Below are positions 9,448 through 19,381 of a stretch of 64,000 bases of DNA, one piece after another. Every line of letters begins with the position of its first letter. Position 1 is the first letter of the stretch. Under the pieces are notes generated by a model. That model was given only the letters and a program-made list of their open reading frames with translations. It did no database searches and had not been told where the DNA came from. The stretch comes from Eubacteriales bacterium (GTDB lineage: Bacteria; Bacillota; Clostridia; Oscillospirales; CAG-272), in contig JAZSIK010000055.1 of assembly GCA_045533775.1 (NCBI GenBank), forward strand, positions 18,182 through 82,181, written 5' to 3'. The position numbers and the translations under genes are program-made.

Positions 9448-12400
9448 TTAGTCAGAGGTCTTTTCCCTTGAGGTAACGGTCTTGATGGCCTGTCCACCCG
9501 CGAGGGCAATCATCTTTACGGCGCAGAGGCTGAACTCGTTTGCATATACAGACAGAGGCTTGTCAAGCACACCTCCTCCAAGCACCTTCAGATATGCGGC
9601 ATCCTCGGGCACCAGCTTTTTCTCCTTCAGTCTGTTTATATCTACTCTTTGCCCCGACAGGAAGGCTGCGCCGATCTCATCAATGCTCATTACCGCCTTT
9701 TTATTACCTGCGGAGTAGATGATCTCCCCGTCTCTTTTAATAAGGCTGCGCGCCAATGAATCGGTTATCAGCGAATCCGCCTTGTCCGCGTCAATGCTGA
9801 ACTCCACAACGTTTTCGGGCAGCTCCCTCTCGGTATCACTTTCGCTCTCGGTGCTTGCTATCTTCTCTTCCTCGGTCTGCTCAGCCTCCTCCCTGCGACT
9901 GAGATCAAAGCTGAAGCCAACCGACTCCCTCTCGTGTCTTTTTCTCTCAGGTGTGGGTGGATCTGCCTTATAGCCGCGGTTATGCCATCTGCATTTCAGC
10001 ATTGCGGAGGCGGTCGCCAGTCTGCTTCTGTTCCGATAGAGCTTAAGTGCAACAAGCACCAGCAGCAGTAAAAACAGCAGAGCGGATATAATTATCAGAA
10101 ATCCCTCAAAGGTCGGATAAGGCAGACGGATTATTCTGCCCGGTGTAATGTCAAGGCGATAGTTAGGGTTGTCCACCCTGAGATAAATGCGCTCTCCCTC
10201 AGCATATGGTACAATACCTACCTTATCATCTCCGAATATCTCGCCGACTACCGTATAATCTGCCTCTGTCAGCTCCTCAAAGAGCTTAAGCTCCCTGTCC
10301 GACACGGTAACCGTAAGAGTGGCGGGTGCTATTTCAAATATGGCTTTGCTTGTCCTGTCCTCACCGTCAGGGAAGGTATAGTTATCCGGGTCGGTGAGTA
10401 TGGCACCGATATAATACTCACCCGCATTAACATAGCTCTCCGAAAAAACAAGAGTATATAACGGAGAGTCGGATAGGGGTATCTGCTTGCCGCCGTTATA
10501 AATAACGGTTATCCTCGGCAGAGAGATCTGCTGCTTAAGTATACGGAATACACAGGGCGGCAGAGTGGGCTCGTTATAGTTTTCCTTGTCATAGCTGAGC
10601 TTAACGTTTACTGTATATTCTCCTGCAGATATCATTTCCGCTCCGAGATAGCTCTCAACCGTCACACCCTTGGGAAGACCTATGGGCGTGGGATGCTTCG
10701 GGCTGCCGTCATATACCTGCTCTGTCCCCTGCCAGCTTGTCCCGGACATATCATAATCTGCATATCCTACCTCTATGGGCAGAGAGAGTATGAAATCGCC
10801 GTAGCGCAGGGTCACGGTCCTGTCCTTTTTGCGAAGCGAGTCTGCGCTCTCATAGGATATACTTACCAGCGAGGGATCAACCTCCTCCGTACTGCCGTCA
10901 TTGTTCAGAACAGAGCAAATAATATCCGAAACGGTCAGTCGGTCAAAGGCTCGCAGATCCTCCTTCAGTATCTCTGCAATAAATGACACGGGGAGTATCT
11001 CTATTATTTCAAAGGAGATGATCTCCGATTCAAGAGAGCCGTAATTCTCCGTGCCCTCAACGCTGAGTCTGGCGTAGTATCTGCCGCAGGACTTGGGAGA
11101 TATTATCTCGTTTTTGCCCTCGGGGTCGGAATAGAATACATATTTCACCTCGCCAAACCGACTTTTACCGCTGAGGAGTATCTCCTTTCCCTCATAGCAG
11201 ACCGATGGAGCGGGCTCCTCTGTCCAGAGGTTTTCAGCGCGGAGTATGGAGTACTCCACCTCATCGTTGAGTATATAATAGTCCGAGTTTTCGGTGGTGG
11301 CAAAGGCGGTGTATTTTCCTACCGTTGTATTTGCTCCCCGTACGGTTATGACACATTGGTCGGCATAAGCCTCGGGCAGCTGCGCCTCTCCGTTATAGTC
11401 AAGCTGAAGTCTACCCCAGCTGACCTCTATACCCAAGGGGGTTATACTGACGCTGGAATGTCTTGCGGGTGGAACGTTATAGTTTTTGCTCTCGGTTGAA
11501 AAGCTGATAATTACCGATACCACCCCGTCAGACACATGACAGGCCCCTGCAGAAAAGATGTATTCCAGCCCGATTCCGTCATAACCCACAGGCATAGCAC
11601 CCGAAAGTGTAGGATAATGCATCTCTCCGTCAAAGACAAAGCTGCCCGACTCAAAGCTGACACCCGACATATCGTAATCTGCCTTTTTTATCTCCCAGCT
11701 GTGCGAGATCATCGGTGGCTCGTTATAGTTCTGCTCGTCCCAGGAGAGTAGCGCAACGGCTGTATATACACCTGCGTCGGTCTCAAGATCGCCCGTATAG
11801 CCCCTGACGCTGACTCCTGCGGGAAGTCCCGAGAGAGATATGCTCTTCTTTCTGCCGTCATAGGTAAAGCTGTCTCTGCTCCAAACCACAGAGGAAAAAT
11901 CATAATCCGCCTTCTTGATCTCGTATGCGGCGGTGGTATTTGTAAACTCATAGTTGGGGTCAAATACCGATGCTCTTGCAAGGTATCCCACGCCCGCATT
12001 GGTTGCGGCTCCCGTAACGGTGGGATATACACGCGCGCCGTTTACATCGGTATAATAGGCTACGGGGGCCTTGCTCCTGCCGTCATAGGTAAAGGACAGG
12101 CCGCTCCAGACTATCTCTGCGCGGGCGGGCTCTACCGTCATAGTGATCACCCTGCTCTCCGGAGTAAGATAGTCCAAGCTCTCGGTGGAAAAATCAATGC
12201 TTATATCATAGCTGCCCGCATTGATGCCGCCACCCACCGCGTTTACCTTAAGAGGTATGCCGTCAAGACCAACTATATGGGGCACCACCTTGGTATAGGA
12301 CTGGGGCTTGCCGTTATATACGGTTGAAAAGCTGCCCAGATTCAAGGCTGAAAGATCATAGGCTATTCTGTTTACCGTAATGGGCAGACTTACGCTCTTG

Positions 12401-12702
12401 CCCCCATAAGACAGCTCTACCGAATCGTCTCCTACACGAAAGCAGCCGTCACACCTGTATGTCACGCGGATATCTCTGCCCGAAACTATCCGCTCGCTGC
12501 CATCTTCGTAGGAGGCTATAAGCGAAAGGCCAGTGGTATCCAGCTGCTCAAAGGCTCCGTATACCGTCTTCTCCGGGTAGCTGGCGATGCTCAGAGAACG
12601 GATGCCTGCCGACTCCTGTGCCCTCTCCTCTGCCGACACAGACAAAATAAGCGCGGCACACACAAGGGCAAAGATAATGATTGTTGTTAATGTTTTTTTC
12701 AT
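9448..12702 (-). CDS. large surface protein: signal peptide, Ig-like/MBG-like (YDG) repeats, one TM helix, acidic linker, cytoplasmic uL15-like domain
   Basis: GGAGGG RBS before MKKTLTT. At least 6 repeats contain F/V-x-Y-D/N-G. TM helix FLIIISALLFLLLLVLVALKLY. C-terminal VDINRLKEKKLVPEDAAYLKVLGGGVLDKPLSVYANEFSLCAVKMIALAGGQAIK resembles the C-terminal half of ribosomal protein uL15. Confidence 0.7.
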   Translation of the reverse strand: MKKTLTTIIIFALVCAALILSVSAEERAQESAGIRSLSIASYPEKTVYGAFEQLDTTGLSLIASYEDGSERIVSGRDIRVTYRCDGCFRVGDDSVELSYGGKSVSLPITVNRIAYDLSALNLGSFSTVYNGKPQSYTKVVPHIVGLDGIPLKVNAVGGGINAGSYDISIDFSTESLDYLTPESRVITMTVEPARAEIVWSGLSFTYDGRSKAPVAYYTDVNGARVYPTVTGAATNAGVGYLARASVFDPNYEFTNTTAAYEIKKADYDFSSVVWSRDSFTYDGRKKSISLSGLPAGVSVRGYTGDLETDAGVYTAVALLSWDEQNYNEPPMISHSWEIKKADYDMSGVSFESGSFVFDGEMHYPTLSGAMPVGYDGIGLEYIFSAGACHVSDGVVSVIISFSTESKNYNVPPARHSSVSITPLGIEVSWGRLQLDYNGEAQLPEAYADQCVITVRGANTTVGKYTAFATTENSDYYILNDEVEYSILRAENLWTEEPAPSVCYEGKEILLSGKSRFGEVKYVFYSDPEGKNEIISPKSCGRYYARLSVEGTENYGSLESEIISFEIIEILPVSFIAEILKEDLRAFDRLTVSDIICSVLNNDGSTEEVDPSLVSISYESADSLRKKDRTVTLRYGDFILSLPIEVGYADYDMSGTSWQGTEQVYDGSPKHPTPIGLPKGVTVESYLGAEMISAGEYTVNVKLSYDKENYNEPTLPPCVFRILKQQISLPRITVIYNGGKQIPLSDSPLYTLVFSESYVNAGEYYIGAILTDPDNYTFPDGEDRTSKAIFEIAPATLTVTVSDRELKLFEELTEADYTVVGEIFGDDKVGIVPYAEGERIYLRVDNPNYRLDITPGRIIRLPYPTFEGFLIIISALLFLLLLVLVALKLYRNRSRLATASAMLKCRWHNRGYKADPPTPERKRHERESVGFSFDLSRREEAEQTEEEKIASTESESDTERELPENVVEFSIDADKADSLITDSLARSLIKRDGEIIYSAGNKKAVMSIDEIGAAFLSGQRVDINRLKEKKLVPEDAAYLKVLGGGVLDKPLSVYANEFSLCAVKMIALAGGQAIKTVTSREKTSD

Positions 12703-12877
12703 ATTCCCTCCGAAAATTACCATAATTTTCCATTAAGTCGTGGTTATTATACCACCGAGGGATAAAGTCTTCAAGGCTTTTTGCCGTTAAGATTTCGTCG
12801 GTATATGACAGAAAAATGCCGCCCTGTTGTAAAGGCGGCAGAATGCTATTGAATTAAACATAAATCGCGGTGAAAAA

Positions 12878-13189
12878 TTATTTATTAGCCTCAATCTTTT
12901 CCTTAAGCACCTTCTTGGGTACGAAGCCGACAGAAAGATCGGCAAAGGTATCTCCCTTAACAAAGGCGACCATAGGAATACTGCTCACATTGAACTCCTT
13001 TGCCAGCTCGGGCTGATCGTCCACATTGATCTTACAGAAATTGACATCGGGATACTCTCCCTCAAGCTCGGCAAGTATGGGGGCGAGCATACGGCAGGGA
13101 CCGCACCAGTCGGCATAGAGATCTATCACCGAAAGACCGTCAAACTCCTCTACCTCACTCTTAAAGCTTTCTTTAGTTATAGCCTTCAT
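12878..13189 (-). CDS. trxA: thioredoxin
   Basis: WCGPC active site, 103 aa. Confidence 0.9.
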   Translation of the reverse strand: MKAITKESFKSEVEEFDGLSVIDLYADWCGPCRMLAPILAELEGEYPDVNFCKINVDDQPELAKEFNVSSIPMVAFVKGDTFADLSVGFVPKKVLKEKIEANK

Positions 13190-13341
13190 TTTATTACCTC
13201 TTTTTAAGTTATTATGTCTTATTTTAACAGATAAATTACACTTTGTCTACAAAAATAAAAAAGATTTACAATTTATTTTTACAAAGAGTTTGACTTTTTA
13301 TTTTTTATGATATAAAATATAGGCACAGAAAGGATGATACT

Positions 13342-14052
13342 ATGGAATACAGACTTAAGTGTGAGGTTGACATACACGATGTTGATTACAACGGCATTGC
13401 AAAGACCTCATCTATAATGAAATATATACAATCGGCGGCGCAGAGTCAGCTGAATGACGGAGGAATGTCCTACGAGAGTCTGAAGAGCAACAAGAAGGCG
13501 TTTATTCTCTCGCGCATAAAGCTGGAGGTTCTCCGTCCCCTGCCCGCCTATACTCCCCTGACGGCAATAACCTATCCCTGTGAAAGCCGCGGCTACAGCT
13601 TTTTACGCTGCTATACCCTGGAGTGTGACGGTGAGATCGTTGCCAGAGCCATCTCGGTCTGGGCTCTGATTGACACAGAGACCCGCGCGCTGGTGAGAGT
13701 AAAGGATTTTGAGCTTGGTCTTGCCACCCTGCCTCCCAACGATCTTGTGCTCAGAGCGATGAAGCTGCCCTCTGCCCTGACCGACGTAGGCGGATACGGT
13801 GTTCACTACGGTGACGTGGATCAGAATATGCATATGAACAACACAAAATATCCCGATATGTACTCAAACTTTCTCCCCCTCGGAGGCAAGATGATACGCT
13901 CAATCACCATCAATTATTCCAAGGAGGCGCAGATCGGCGAAAAGCTGAGAGTACAGATGGGCGAGGACGGGGGCTGCTATTACTTCCGTACGGTAAGAAG
14001 CGATGGGCAGATAAACTCCGAGGCTCAGATTGAGCTTTGTGATATTATTTAA
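13342..14052 (+). CDS. acyl-ACP thioesterase
   Basis: Double hot-dog layout, with DVDYNG near the N-terminus and DVDQNMHMNN in the second half. Confidence 0.75.
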   Translation: MEYRLKCEVDIHDVDYNGIAKTSSIMKYIQSAAQSQLNDGGMSYESLKSNKKAFILSRIKLEVLRPLPAYTPLTAITYPCESRGYSFLRCYTLECDGEIVARAISVWALIDTETRALVRVKDFELGLATLPPNDLVLRAMKLPSALTDVGGYGVHYGDVDQNMHMNNTKYPDMYSNFLPLGGKMIRSITINYSKEAQIGEKLRVQMGEDGGCYYFRTVRSDGQINSEAQIELCDII

Positions 14053-14354
14053 GGCAAACCGGCTCTGCAATATATTGCATTTCTTGCTTTTGAAATGTCA
14101 AAATGGCATAAAGTCAGATTTATTTCGTCTAATTTCGCACAAAAAACCGACAATATGAAAGAAAAACCGTCAGAATATACGGCACATATTATACAGGGGG
14201 TAGCTGTCTACCCCCTGTTTTTATTGATTTAGCAATCTTTACAATGGGTTTTGATTACGACATTTGTCGTCATTTTTTTATTACAGATTTTTCAACGACA
14301 AAGAAAATATAATTATGTTAGAATATTACTGTAATAAAAAACGGAGGAAAATCA

Positions 14355-14648
14355 ATGAATCAGAAGCTGTGCGACAGAGTGATAAGGACCGAGAGGAGAA
14401 GCGAGGATGGCTGCGACTATACATACGAGCTGATACTGCGGGAGGGTGGGCTGACTCACGATTGGCGTCTGCCGCTCTTCTCTGTCAGAATATCTATGAA
14501 GGACTGTGATGGTCGGTTCAGCGAAAGAGAGGCGCGGGATCTGTTTACCAATCGGGAGAAAGCCATAGAGTTCTTTGAGAAGATGGTAAGAAATCTTGCC
14601 ACACCCATAAATCTCGGGTATGTGGTTGAGGATGAGCTGAGAGCATAA
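14355..14648 (+). CDS. hypothetical protein (97 aa)
   Basis: GGAGG RBS 7 nt upstream. Followed by a hairpin plus T8 terminator (14651-14678). No family recognised with confidence. Confidence 0.5.
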   Translation: MNQKLCDRVIRTERRSEDGCDYTYELILREGGLTHDWRLPLFSVRISMKDCDGRFSEREARDLFTNREKAIEFFEKMVRNLATPINLGYVVEDELRA

Positions 14649-14729
14649 GGGGCTGTAAAAAACAGCCTCTTTTTTTTGAATAAAAGTCCTCCCCGCTGTC
14701 AAGAATGTCAGGCAGAAGGGAGAGAAAAA

Positions 14730-15329
14730 ATGAAGGATCTACTTAAAGCTACCGTTACTGTGCTGATCATCACTATGCTGATCGCCGCCCTGCCCACCGA
14801 GGCGGAGGGAAAAATCTACGAGGACACCCTCAGGCTACATATATTAGCCAACTCCGACTCAGAGGAGGATCAGGAGCTGAAATACAGGGTGCGCGACTTT
14901 ATTCTCACAGAATACGGAAACAGACTGAAAAATGCAGGCAGCATTGAGGGGGCAAAAACCAACGTGACGGGACTGATCGGCGAGATATGCGCCTCTGCCA
15001 CAGAGAAAATCAGCGAGTGGGGATACAGCTATCCCGTGAGGGCGACCGTAAGCGAAGAATGGTATGATACCAGAGAATACGAGGACTTTACCCTACCCGC
15101 CGGGAGATACTGCTCGCTGAGAATAATTATCGGTGAGGGCGAGGGCAAAAACTGGTGGTGCGTAATGTATCCACCCTTGTGTATGGATATGGCCTGCGAG
15201 GATGCGCCCGCCGACGACGGCATAATTGACTACACAAGGGAGGAGATCGCCCTTATCAAATCGGGAAAATACAATGTAAAGTTCAAAATACTTGAGGATC
15301 TTTCCAGGCTCTTTTCAAAAAACAGTTGA
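14730..15329 (+). CDS. spoIIR: stage II sporulation protein R
   Basis: Signal/TM helix followed by the LRLHILANSDSEEDQELKYRVRD motif characteristic of SpoIIR. Start moved to the ATG that has a GGGAGAG RBS. Confidence 0.8.
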   Translation: MKDLLKATVTVLIITMLIAALPTEAEGKIYEDTLRLHILANSDSEEDQELKYRVRDFILTEYGNRLKNAGSIEGAKTNVTGLIGEICASATEKISEWGYSYPVRATVSEEWYDTREYEDFTLPAGRYCSLRIIIGEGEGKNWWCVMYPPLCMDMACEDAPADDGIIDYTREEIALIKSGKYNVKFKILEDLSRLFSKNS

Positions 15330-15383
15330 TTTCGTCAAAAAAATGTGATAGTATATAGATGAAATCAATTTAGCGAGTGGATT

Positions 15384-15842
15384 ATGAAGATTGAAGGAAA
15401 GATTATTGCCGACAACAGAAAGGCAAGACACGATTATTTTGTAATAGAAACCTACGAGGCGGGCATTGAGCTGTTCGGCACCGAGGTAAAGTCGCTGCGC
15501 GCGGGTAATGTGAATCTGAAGGACTCCTACTGCGATATTGACGGCGGCGAGCTATTTGCCATAGGTATGCACATCAGCCCCTACGAGCAGGGCAATATTT
15601 TTAACAAGGATCCCCTCCGCCCGAAGAAGCTGCTTATGCACAAGAGAGAGATCATGAAGCTGACAGGTCTTGTCAGCCGCGAAGGGTATACCTTAGTTCC
15701 CCTCTCGCTCTATTTCAAGGGCTCAAGGGTCAAGATGGCGCTGGGACTGTGTAAGGGTAAAAAGCTATATGACAAGCGTGACTCGGCAGCAAAGCGCGAC
15801 GCCGAGAGAACCATTGAAAAGGCTATGAAAAACAAGTATTAA
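15384..15842 (+). CDS. smpB: SsrA-binding protein
   Basis: NRKARHDYF...GTEVKSLR...LLMHKREI, canonical SmpB. Confidence 0.95.
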   Translation: MKIEGKIIADNRKARHDYFVIETYEAGIELFGTEVKSLRAGNVNLKDSYCDIDGGELFAIGMHISPYEQGNIFNKDPLRPKKLLMHKREIMKLTGLVSREGYTLVPLSLYFKGSRVKMALGLCKGKKLYDKRDSAAKRDAERTIEKAMKNKY

Positions 15843-15870
15843 AAAAAGCGACCGAGCGGTCGCTTTTTTC
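15841..15870. terminator. bidirectional intrinsic terminator
   Basis: A7-gcgacc-gagc-ggtcgc-T6. Confidence 0.75.
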
Positions 15871-15872
15871 TT

Positions 15873-17723
15873 TTATTTCGGGGGGCGCAAAGCGCGCATT
15901 GAATTGATTATCGCAAGGACGGCAACGCCCACGTCGGAAAAGACCGCAAGCCACATATTTGCAAGACCGAATAGTCCGAGCAAAAGGATAAGTCCCTTGA
16001 CTCCCAAGGCAAAAATTATGTTCTGCCAGGAAATATGTATAGTTTTTCTTGCAATTTTAATTGCCTCGGGCAATTTTGAAAGATTGTCGGTCATAATGAC
16101 CACATCCGCCGCCTCAATGGCACTGTCCTGTCCCATGCTACCCATAGCCACACCCACATCGGCACGGGCAAGCGAGGGTGAGTCGTTGATTCCGTCACCT
16201 ACATACATTGTGCTTTGAGATTCAGAGATCAGCTCCTCAAGTCGTGTGTATTTTTCCTCGGGAGTGAGCGACGAGTGATAGCTGTCAACCCCTACAAGTG
16301 CGGCGGTGGGCTTGACATTCTCTTCCCTATCTCCCGACAGGATCACGGTGGACTTGACACCCAGCTTATGCAGTGAGCGGATAGAGTCTGCCGCCTCCGC
16401 CTTTACGGTATCAGAGATGAGAATAATGCCGACCAGCCTGTTGTCAAGAGCCACATAGAGCGCGCCCTCATAGTTATCCATAAGATGAGAAAGGTCAACC
16501 GAGAGGCTCTCCATAAGCTTTACATTGCCCACAGCACAGCTGTATCCCTCGGCAAACTCAGCTATTACTCCATAGCCGGGCTGCTCCTTTACAGACTCGG
16601 GCTTTACAATAGTATCAGACGCCGCCTTTATACAGCGGGCGATGGGATGGTTTGATGCATATTCGCTTGACGCGGCAAGCGAGAGGACGCGTTTCTTCTC
16701 AAGACCAAAGGCGACAACCTCCTTAACCGCAAAGCTGCCGTTTGTAATAGTTCCCGTCTTGTCAAAGGCAACCGTTTCAACCCTTGCGACCTTGGAAAAT
16801 ATATTGCCGCCCTTAAAGAGAATACCGCGGGAGGCTGCACCGCCAATGCCCCCGAAGAATGCCATAGGCACAGAAATTACCAGGGCGCAGGGACAGGAAA
16901 TGACAAGAAATGTCAGAGCTGTATATATGGACCTATCCCAACTGAGCCAGGAGAACAGGGGTGGGATAAGGGCGACGAGAAGGGCAACTATAACAACTGC
17001 GGGTGTGTAGTAGTGAGAAAACCTTGTAATAAACTTCTCCTCGCTTGATTTCGTCTCGTTGGCATTTTCCACAAGCGAGAGTATTCTTGCGGCGGCGGAC
17101 TGGTCTGATGTCCTGGTTGTCCTGGCGTGGAGAAGTCCGTTAGTAACGATAAAGCCGCTGGAAAGCTCCGAGCCGCAGGATGCAGAGACAGGCAGAGGCT
17201 CGCCCGTCATGCTTGAGGTGTCTATATCGGCAGATCCTGAGATTACAACAGAGTCAATGGGAACGCGCTCGCCGGGGCGGATAATAATGGTGCTGCCTAT
17301 CTCCACATCCTCAGCGTCAACCAGCTCCTCCCCGTCCTCAGTAAGCAGGCATGCCTCATCGGGACATATGTCCATAAGAGCGCGGATAGAGGATCGGGAC
17401 TTGCGCACCGCATAATGCTCAAAGGTCTCGCCGACCAAATAGAAGAGCATAACCGCAACGCCCTCACGCCATTCACCGACTATCATAGCACCGATGGAGG
17501 CGATGGACATAAGGAACTTCTCATCCAGAAGATCCCGACGGATAATGCCCCGAACTGCATCATAAAAAACGCCGAAGCCGGATATTATCAGAGCGGCTAT
17601 GTAGAGGACAAGCGAAACATAGGGATTTGCAGTCTGCTCAAGAATAAGTGCCAGAATAAACAAAAATAGTGCGGTGCATATTCTTGTTATATTTGATTTC
17701 AAAAGGGATATGAGGCGTTTCAT
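15873..17723 (-). CDS. heavy-metal (Cd/Zn-type) translocating P1B-ATPase lacking a fused HMA domain
   Basis: CPC in a TM helix, DKTGTIT phosphorylation site and GDGINDSP hinge. Confidence 0.9.
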   Translation of the reverse strand: MKRLISLLKSNITRICTALFLFILALILEQTANPYVSLVLYIAALIISGFGVFYDAVRGIIRRDLLDEKFLMSIASIGAMIVGEWREGVAVMLFYLVGETFEHYAVRKSRSSIRALMDICPDEACLLTEDGEELVDAEDVEIGSTIIIRPGERVPIDSVVISGSADIDTSSMTGEPLPVSASCGSELSSGFIVTNGLLHARTTRTSDQSAAARILSLVENANETKSSEEKFITRFSHYYTPAVVIVALLVALIPPLFSWLSWDRSIYTALTFLVISCPCALVISVPMAFFGGIGGAASRGILFKGGNIFSKVARVETVAFDKTGTITNGSFAVKEVVAFGLEKKRVLSLAASSEYASNHPIARCIKAASDTIVKPESVKEQPGYGVIAEFAEGYSCAVGNVKLMESLSVDLSHLMDNYEGALYVALDNRLVGIILISDTVKAEAADSIRSLHKLGVKSTVILSGDREENVKPTAALVGVDSYHSSLTPEEKYTRLEELISESQSTMYVGDGINDSPSLARADVGVAMGSMGQDSAIEAADVVIMTDNLSKLPEAIKIARKTIHISWQNIIFALGVKGLILLLGLFGLANMWLAVFSDVGVAVLAIINSMRALRPPK

Positions 17724-17935
17724 TTCTCTATTTCAATATCTCTCTGAAAGGCCTTTGCGGTCTTGGTAAGCAGGGGGTATACAGCGCTCTCGTCAAGAGA
17801 TGTCTCAACGGTAAGCTTCTCGGTCAGAAAGTTGATCTTTGCCGACTCCACTCCCTCAATATTTGACATCTGTGCCGCCAGCTTTGCAGCGCAGTTAGGA
17901 CAGTCAAGTCCTGTGATCGTGTACTTGATTTTCAT
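17720..17935 (-). CDS. stand-alone heavy-metal-associated (HMA) domain protein
   Basis: GLDCPNCAAKL metal-binding motif. 4-bp overlap with the ATPase start. Confidence 0.85.
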   Translation of the reverse strand: MKIKYTITGLDCPNCAAKLAAQMSNIEGVESAKINFLTEKLTVETSLDESAVYPLLTKTAKAFQRDIEIEK

Positions 17936-17947
17936 ATTAATTCCTCC

Positions 17948-18313
17948 TTATTCCTGGATATGCTCAAGGGCTTTTTCAATAATATCACGAACGTGATCGT
18001 CGGCAAGAGTATAAAAAACGTTCTTACCTGATTTGCGGTAGGTGACCAGGTCGCTCTGGCGCAGGATCTTCAGCTGATGGGATACGGCAGACTTTGTCAT
18101 ACCGAGAAGATCGGCTATATCGCAGACGCACATCGGCTCTCCGTCAATGGCAAAAAGTATGCTGATGCGGGTAGAGTCGCCAAGCACCTTAAAGAAGTCG
18201 GACAGATCGTAGAGAGTGCTCTCGGAGGGCATCTGCGCTCTTCTCTGCTCCACGACGTCGCTGTGAACCTCATCGCACTCACAGGAGGGCGGCGTTAATT
18301 CATAATGCTTCAT
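17948..18313 (-). CDS. ArsR/SmtB (CadC-like) metal-sensing repressor
   Basis: N-terminal CEC. CVCDIADLL followed by the SAVSHQLKILR winged-helix motif. Confidence 0.85.
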   Translation of the reverse strand: MKHYELTPPSCECDEVHSDVVEQRRAQMPSESTLYDLSDFFKVLGDSTRISILFAIDGEPMCVCDIADLLGMTKSAVSHQLKILRQSDLVTYRKSGKNVFYTLADDHVRDIIEKALEHIQE

Positions 18314-18331
18314 AGATTTCTCCTCATTATA

Positions 18332-18349
18332 GTTGAACGATTGTTCAAC
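18332..18349. promoter_or_regulatory. candidate ArsR-family operator (inverted repeat)
   Basis: GTTGAAC-gatt-GTTCAAC palindrome about 20 bp upstream of the repressor start. Confidence 0.35.
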
Positions 18350-18590
18350 CGTTTATTTCATTATAGCATTTATTTTTCCCCTTGTCAAGAAAAAACAAAA
18401 CATTTTGTAAAAAAAGCTGCAACGACTTGAAAAAAAACTCCTTTTATGATACACTTAATTAGGCCGGCAAGGCAGAATCTCGTTTTTTCGGTATACTCAG
18501 CCGATTGATCAGACATAGGTTTACCGATAAGATTTGCTAACCCGTCGGGCTTTTCCCTGCAAATGATATTATTTAACAAAGGTGGCTATT

Positions 18591-18881
18591 ATGAAAAAGT
18601 TTCTCAGTTATTTCAATATATTTGAGCTGAATCTTACCTCCAGATCCTACAAATCAGGAATTATCAGAATAATAATCTCCATTCTCGTCATGATGGCGGT
18701 GTGTATCTTCAGATTCAGCGTAACCCTCGGCGATCCGACGGTCAATATTATCGTCAGCATACTTTGTATCGCCATTATGGTGCTGGCAGTTCTCTGCCTG
18801 TTCACCGCCTCTGTTGAGTGTCTGCAGGTGGGCGACAACATAAAAAAGTATAAGGAAAGAGAAAACGATAAGTACAAATAA
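18591..18881 (+). CDS. hypothetical small membrane protein
   Basis: AAAGGTGG RBS. Two predicted TM helices. Confidence 0.4.
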   Translation: MKKFLSYFNIFELNLTSRSYKSGIIRIIISILVMMAVCIFRFSVTLGDPTVNIIVSILCIAIMVLAVLCLFTASVECLQVGDNIKKYKERENDKYK

Positions 18882-18926
18882 AAAAATACCGAGCGTTGTT
18901 GGCGCTCGGTATTTTTGTCGGAAAAA

Positions 18927-19154
18927 TTAAGCGGAGAACCTTGCCAGCTTCTCAAAGAGAGCTGCCGCATTCTCGGTATGAGCAACGAGGGTGATGGGAG
19001 AGAGAAGGTCAAGGGAGAAGATACCCATAATAGACTTGGCGTCAATTACATATCTGCCCTGAACCAGATCAACATCATAATCTGCAAGGATAACAAGGTT
19101 AACGAACTCTCTGATGTCCTGTACATTGCTGAGCTTGATTTTCATTTCTTTCAT
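18927..19154 (-). CDS. HPr-like protein lacking the His15 phosphorylation site
   Basis: DAKSIMGIFSLDL matches the HPr Ser46 region. The position of GIHARPA reads VQDIREF. Confidence 0.55.
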   Translation of the reverse strand: MKEMKIKLSNVQDIREFVNLVILADYDVDLVQGRYVIDAKSIMGIFSLDLLSPITLVAHTENAAALFEKLARFSA

Positions 19155-19381
19155 TACTGATTTCCTCTCAAAGCTATTGTTTTACAAGCATATTATATCA
19201 AAGGAAAAGCAAAAAGTCAACCGAATTATGTCACATTTATCTCTTTCTTTGCGGCTTTTTTCACTCGGGCTGCGTTTTTTTATTCTTTCCATTGACTTTT
19301 TAATCATTTAATGATAAAATATGTATTGGTGTAATATGCTTATTCATAGGTGCTATGCTATGCTTGAAGGGAGGGATATGT

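Noticed and set aside
14053-14222. 46-codon ORF and a strong terminator (14193-14222) in the gap after the thioesterase gene, as a possible small gene or sRNA.
   Set aside because: The ORF has no RBS and no promoter is evident. The hairpin is most simply the thioesterase terminator, placed about 140 nt downstream.
14352-14702. 116-aa minus-strand ORF overlapping the 97-aa plus-strand ORF.
   Set aside because: The plus-strand ORF has a GGAGG RBS at correct spacing and its own terminator. The minus ORF has neither and would run into the spoIIR start region.
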